From: Eledone cirrhosa
Lineage: Eukaryota
Direction: 5' to 3'
NCBI GenBank assembly: GCA_964016885.1
Contig: OZ024755.1
Span: 15,686,001-15,750,000 of the forward strand
DNA length: 64,000 nucleotides
Shown: positions 57,400 through 64,000 of the stretch, one piece after another
Layout: each line of letters opens with the position of its first letter
Position numbering within the stretch: position 1 is the stretch's first letter
Position numbers and translations under genes: made by a program
The notes under the pieces: generated by a model
What the model saw: the letters and a program-made list of their open reading frames with translations, nothing else
Told to the model about the DNA's origin: nothing
Database searches by the model: none

Positions 57400-59880
57400 A
57401 TACGAGAAAGAGTGAACACTTAAACCAAGTGATCCGAAACTAAATCACAAATAATTCGTCGGTATGAAAAGTGAAGACGAGTCTGTGAACAACACAAGCA
57501 GTTTGATCTAAACCGAAAAATATTTTATCAAGAACGTCATTTAAAAATAAAACAGAAATCAATGTATCACAATCTCAATAGATCTATCTGAATAGCAGAT
57601 GTGCATCACAGACGAAATTATTCAAAACAATAGACACAGCCTGTCAACAATCGTGGAAGGTCATATCTCCAGAAAAGTTGACCCAGACGCTACAAACATA
57701 ACACTAAAAGGAGCTAGAAAATAATATAATCTTAATCTAGAGGTTGATTTAAAGTTAAAACACATATAAAGTAGTTGCAAAAATACTGGATAGTTTACTA
57801 AAGAAACTGAATCCGACAGACGACTGCTTCATTGAGGCGAGTATCATCTTAATCCCATGAGGAAAGAAACCATACACTTTAAAACCTATAACCCACAGTT
57901 TGTAAAGTGTTAAGTTTTAATTGTAATAATACAGCAAATGATAAGGAAACATCGGTGGGGAGCAGAAACTTACTTTCAGAAGAGCTTAATTGATACTGGA
58001 ATGGCTTATATAGATGTAATGATCAATTACTGACAAGATTGTAGAGCAAGAAAGAAGAATGTGAGCATGGCAGCATGGTTTTACTTCCAGCAGGCGTTTC
58101 ATAGTGTTTCCCATGCGTGGATCGTAAAAACATTATCCATGAGTAAAGCAGCATTAATAATAAATAGATACATTAGACATATGACAGGACAAGTAAATAG
58201 CAATCCATACAAAAGAAGGAATTATGAAAAGAAAATCAAAAAGTCTATTAAGAAGACGATTCCAATAGGATTCCGTCTCCTCGCTTCTGTTTCTTCGTGG
58301 CGCTAACACCTTTAACCAACATATTAAGCCAGACTGAACTTAATTACAAATGCTACGGAGTGAACAATATACTATATCTTGAATATGTATGACATCAAGC
58401 TGTAATCTGCTACTGCTGCTGGGTAACGACTAGAAAGTGTTACAGATACTACAAGGTTTTACTAGAAGAATTGATACAAGAATCGGATTAAAAAGATGCA
58501 CCAATGCAGGCTTGAAGAGAAGGGAAAAGTCTATCAAAGAACACTGATGTCAAGTTAGACATAGTTACAGAGATAAGAGAATTACAGCTAACATCGACTA
58601 ACAAATACTTAGGAATCAATGAAATAGACAAAGTACAGCACGCATACAAATGGAGTAAAATGTGAGGAAGGAATATTATAGTCGGATTCGATTAATACTT
58701 ACAACAGTGTTTTAAAAACCGAAATTAAAGTAATTGCATTAGTATTCAAGCTGGTTCAGTAATAAGTTACAGTTGTAATATTCTTAAATGGATGTCGAAA
58801 ACGAAGACGAAATCATTGCCTTTAGAATACCACATCTAAAATTTAAGATGAAAAGAATTTATTCACCATAAATTCAAGGATGGAGAGACCTTATGGAATC
58901 AGAAATATCTATTGTAGGACTTGTTTTGTCATGGACTGATGTTCAGTTGCCATGACCCATTGCGTGGTTTCCGAAAGGGGTGTGTAGTGAGAGGGAGGAG
59001 AAATAGTGTCCTCAATTGAAGGACCTGATCGGCATCTTTGCAACAGAGTGGACTCTGCTAAAGGAACCCAAATACTAGGTCTACAAACATATATAGTAAA
59101 ACTAAATATGCAAAATTAATACAGATACTTAAATTATGAACAAATCTGCATTTGTTTTGAACAGAAAGCTGAAGTAGCAGACATGGAGCAACGACGAAGC
59201 AAGAAAATTGTAAAATCAAAACTACAAACTGAGCTCAAATATGGCCTACAGAATCCCATGCTAAACTGGTATCTAAAATAACCTCTTCATAGTCAATATT
59301 AGGAGGAAAGGCTGAACAGAGTGGAAATACACAAAATCATAACCTCGTTGCACTGGCTCTGAAAAGTGTATGATTCAAAGCTGAGTTTGAAGAATATTTG
59401 ATAGAGACAGTATCAAAAACACTCCACGAGAATCGTATTATTTAATTAACAATGTTACATAATGTCACTGTAGAATAGCTAGTCTTTAGGAAGAAACAAT
59501 GAAAGCCACTATCTCTCGTTGTCCAGTCTTAACCAAGAGGAAATACATCTACGGGCATGAAAGTATTGTAGTTTGCATACACTGGAATTACACCAGTGAA
59601 ATATCGACAGAGAAGATGTGGTATATATATCAATTTCTTTTTAAATTCCAAAGCAACGATACTCCTGGGTATGTCAATCCACAATATTATGGAGATCAAG
59701 GATAATCAGTTGGATATTGTTATCAAGGGACAAATAAATGAAAGTGCACCTCGGTCGAGGTATCAGTCCCAGTAGACGATTATGTATGAATAAGTCACAA
59801 ATATTAATACCGGCAAGAAAAAAATAACAAATTCCATTTGGTTATTGATAAGGAAAATTAATTCCAGAATTGCCAGTCTC
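57400..59880 (+). pseudogene. Decayed R4/Dong-like non-LTR retrotransposon (RT + zinc finger + RLE)
   Basis: SMAAWFYFQQAFHSVSHAWI, DSVSSLLFLRGA, MYDIKL, KYLGINE, PLHSQY, ISRCPVLTKRKYIYGH, DIVIK...EVSVPVD, in order, with many frameshifts. Confidence 0.85.
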
Positions 59881-60160
59881 ATGGGGAAGCTGCTGTAATA
59901 ACCACGACAACGATGACGGGGAAAGGAAAAACAGAATAGAAAAGAATAACAGTGGCCATTACAATATTAAAGCAACAAGAACAGCATGAGGAGCGCCAAG
60001 AAAAACTACAAAAACACTACTGCAGCCACCATCCTAAAGGGAAGTCGGTCAAACATGATGATAGCAACAAGCAACACTATTAACTTCACCCATACTGTAT
60101 GTATGTGTGTAAGTGTGCATGTATATATGTATGTATGTAAGTATGTTTGACATTTTTTTT

Positions 60161-60273
60161 AAATCTTCACGCACAGGCATTGCACAATGGCATTAATTGA
60201 TAATTATTAATAATGTTATATCGTGCAATGGCTATACTCGATAACGAGGGGACAGCCATCATCATGTATGTAT
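60161..60273 (+). mobile_element. 3' fragment of the (ATGT)n-tailed retroposon
   Basis: Matches 18988-19098. Confidence 0.7.
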
Positions 60274-60274
60274 G

Positions 60275-60480
60275 AACCTGAAATTCCTGGTGGAGTCAAA
60301 GTGGCGCAGTGGTGACATACGGCTTGTCTTGTACATTTTAAACCCGGTACACCCCATACTACTCCAGGTCTGAACACAGTCTATTTATTCCAGAGGATGA
60401 ATAGGTGGTATGGAAGAGTAAATGAGAAAAACATAGATAGGAAAGATCGACCACAATGCTAGACTGGTATTTTTTATTGG
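60275..60480 (-). mobile_element. SINE family A' 3' half
   Basis: Matches 3320-3510. Confidence 0.6.
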
Positions 60481-61616
60481 TGGCACAATCATGAAGTTCC
60501 GCATGACATCTTGGCCGTCTTTACCGTAGTCTCGTGTCGACCAAAAGTCCTTGTTTGTGACACTGGGTTGAGAGAAACTGCTTGAGAGAGCGTTGGATGG
60601 ATTCTGCATGTATTTCAACGACCCAGTCTTATTGTGTCACTCTAATTTAACCTGGTAATTAAGTTAAGAGCATACGCGTCTGTGGAGTACTCAACAGTGT
60701 ATACGCTATTTCAGGCGTCGGGCATTCTGTTGATTGAGTGAATATCCACCGTCGAAACTGAAGGAGTACCCACCTTCAGTTAAATATGTGAATTGATATA
60801 ATATCCATCGAAATTTGAAACTGGATCGAATATCTGTCCAATAAAGTGATCATATCTGTTCCTACAACATACACCACTTAAATAGAATTAGAACTATTTA
60901 TCGCAAAAACTTAGCCAAGTCTTTTTTCCTTAAGTCTTAGAGTAAACACGAACAGATTTTGAGATGATTATATATTACAAAGCTAATTTTGTTTAAATAA
61001 GATGATTTACGATTGTCTGTCGACTTAATGTTTGTCTACCGTCGAATTTATTTACTTTCTCATAAATTTCAGATATTTTTTATATATTTACCAGAAGGTC
61101 ACAATGAAATGATTTTCAGTTAAACGGCTTCCATCATAAAAGTTGAAATATTTCGCACTGACAAGGGCTTCTTATAAAACTCAACCTAAACACTGTTATT
61201 ACACTGGAAGGTTTTACGGTCCCGTGATGAGACAGACGTGTTAAATAATGATTCTGATAAAATTTTCACTTTTTCTTGAATTTCTATCTTCTATATTTCT
61301 CTAATGAGTGTATGTTATTTTTTATCATAACACATACACCTGAGTGTGTTTATGTGTATGTAGGCAGGATATCCAGAGATAAAGGATCAAGGAAAACAGT
61401 TTTCAATGTAGTACAAGACAACTTATTTAGTTTATATTAAACTTGCCCCGACGAGAGAGGCCAGTTCTAGAATGGCTCCTCCACTATACAGAGGTGTCCA
61501 TAACTGGACCCCAAAACCTAAGGTCGTGCATACAGTGTAAGTGTATGAGTTTAATATAAACTATGTATATATATATATATATAAACGCGAGCTTACAAGC
61601 GTGAGTGTGTGTATGT

Positions 61617-61729
<113 letters not shown>

Positions 61730-63359
61730 AGCCTCTTTAAGCGCATACTGGTCTAAACACGTAGTGTTGTTTTATGTCACACAACGTTGCACTTCGACAA
61801 TTGTAGATTGACAGAATAGGTGCTAAACTGAAATAAGTGCTGGTGCCGATATAGTCGAATAAAAGTCTTAGAAGCAGTACTCTATCTTGGCCGTTATCCA
61901 ATGACTGGAGTCAGTCAAAGAATTGAATAGAAAAATAAAAGTAAGTTATACACCTAAAGATGACATTGAAAGATGACTACGAGCAGTTGTTTAGACAAGA
62001 CTTATAAACAGATAAAATGAATTATAAATCAGCTGCATTAGGCTTATAAAAATGTTTTACAAGAAACTACGAGTATATAGGAATACATAGAATTAAGAGA
62101 TATTAGCATACGGTCTCCATTCTTACGGAAGTTAGACAGAGTAGAAGAATATTGAAGCAATATACAAACATGTCAACTAAAAGTCTTTAAAAAGTTGATG
62201 ATCGAAAGCATTCTGCTAGTTGTATGAGATTACGAAAAAAATAGAGAAATAAATCTGGTGACCAATGTGATTCATGGCACTTCTGCTGAATATATTTCAA
62301 AATATTGAAATAAACACGTTTGTTTAACCTGCATCTCAATAACCCGTTATAAAAGAAAATATGGCATGAACACACTGCACATACTTTCACCTGCTAGAAA
62401 TTTCAAGCAGATATCCCCCAATGTACACTATACGATTTTAAGGATTGATGTTTTTATACAATGCTTCACATAATATACAGAAGTAAGAGATGGTAACGGT
62501 ATAACGTCTTTAATAATTGATCTACTTGTGCGGGGTAAGTTTGGGCTGAAATTTAACATCAACAGCAATAACACAAGTCTATAAAAAACATACACCACTA
62601 TATTTGTTTGTGACTTAATCATCAACGATGATCATTTTGCACGACCTCGTAGTTGGAGGAGTTTAAGTCTGTCCTAGAATCTCTTCAAGTCAGAGTTACC
62701 CCAGTTTCATTGACGTTAAGTGACTGAGAGTACAAGCTGGCCCGTCACAGCGTTAAGCTCCATTTACTACTGTTGCTGTTACTGCTGCTTATTACCAGCT
62801 GAGTGGACTAAAGGAAAGTGAAATATACCGTTTTAATCAAAAACATAAGCCATCCGGTCCTGTGATAAACTCAGGATTTTATGATCCTGAACACAATACA
62901 TGAACCACTTTAAAGGCTGAAAGAATCTACCTCTCATGGGTTGGGATGGGGTTCGATATAATAGATTTTCATACACACCATATTGCTTAAATTAAAAACC
63001 ATTATAATTTATGTAAATATTTGAAGTTAATTATCGGTTATCATGATATCATTATCTTGTTATTTAGGATATTGCTTAAAGTAACCTGATTCTATATACG
63101 TGTAAATGTTTGAGCTATTACTAATGAAATATATATTTTTACCGATAGTCAATACATATTCGGGGCACTATATTCGTTAAAGGGCATCACATGACAATCA
63201 AAACATTGTTTAAGTTCGAGACCATGTTGTGGTCCAGTATTTTTTTTATTTCAACATAGTACCTTCTGATTTCTCCTTAATCCGAAAAGATAAATGTTTC
63301 CCCTTTTGCTAAAAATAATGATCTAATATATTGCTGATGTTGTTGTTTTGATTATTTAG

Positions 63360-63720
63360 AATGAACATAGCCTCTGTTAAGGTGTCATCATATCCTTCGT
63401 CCGGTTTAGCCTCACCATCAAGCCCTCTGGTGTCTTTAGAAAGTCCACTCTGTTGTAGGTATTCGAACCATATCTCCGGTTTTGGTTACACTATCCTCTT
63501 TCGCTAGTGTTCAACAGTCCTTGGTGGCCCAGAAAAAATGTCATGGTCATGACGCTTCTTTCCCTATATGATCCTTAGTACAAACTCAATCATTAACAAT
63601 CTTAAGAAGACAGTGGACTAACAGACATTCAATGATGTCACTCCTCCAGATGACAAGTGGTTATCAACGGTTTATACTTGATCCGGTAATGAGGCTCTAT
63701 CGAAATGATGATGAGCAATG
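63360..63720 (-). pseudogene. RTE-like LINE 3' remnant
   Basis: Minus strand FLGHQ, then a weak G.R.RGRP-like region. Confidence 0.35.
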
Positions 63721-63953
63721 AGAAGTTAAGTTGGCTAAACTGACAGATATTTCTGCACATTCAGTAATTAAGATTTATTAAAACCAAACATAGCAGAAAT
63801 AAACAGTACGACAATTATTTGACTTTTCTGTGTTTTTTTTTTTTTGTTTCCATTGCATTGCTCTTCCCTCATATGAATATATGTATATGTCTTTGTGCAT
63901 ATATACATATATATGCGCACACATGTATGCATACATATATACATTCACTATAA

Positions 63954-64000
<47 letters not shown>

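Noticed and set aside
61431-61542. Possible exon (tttag...GTAAGT, two open frames)
   Set aside because: No recognisable protein and no partner exons; needs RNA-seq

Overview
AT-rich, repeat-dense eukaryotic DNA, intronic or intergenic. The SINE, microsatellite and LINE content looks like an octopus genome, which is an inference from repeat content only. I can support no host protein-coding gene: nearly all long ORFs in the track are translations of (TA)n, (CA)n or (GGT)n-type repeats. Recognisable parts are many tRNA-derived SINEs (one young subfamily with 12-16 bp target-site duplications), mariner-type and piggyBac-type MITEs, and decayed non-LTR retrotransposons (R4/Dong-like RLE, RTE, Penelope-like). 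The main signal is a set of at least 8 sequence-unrelated short non-coding elements (about 150-630 bp) inserted in (TA)n microsatellites. Most carry a minimal type I hammerhead ribozyme (CUGANGA-stem II-GAAA-short stem III-NUH), usually followed by AATAAA and a short tail. Many are folded back into long palindromes with one ribozyme on each strand. They look like non-autonomous Penelope-like pLTR or retrozyme-type mini-elements. Folds were read by eye and are untested, and edges of degenerate repeats are approximate.
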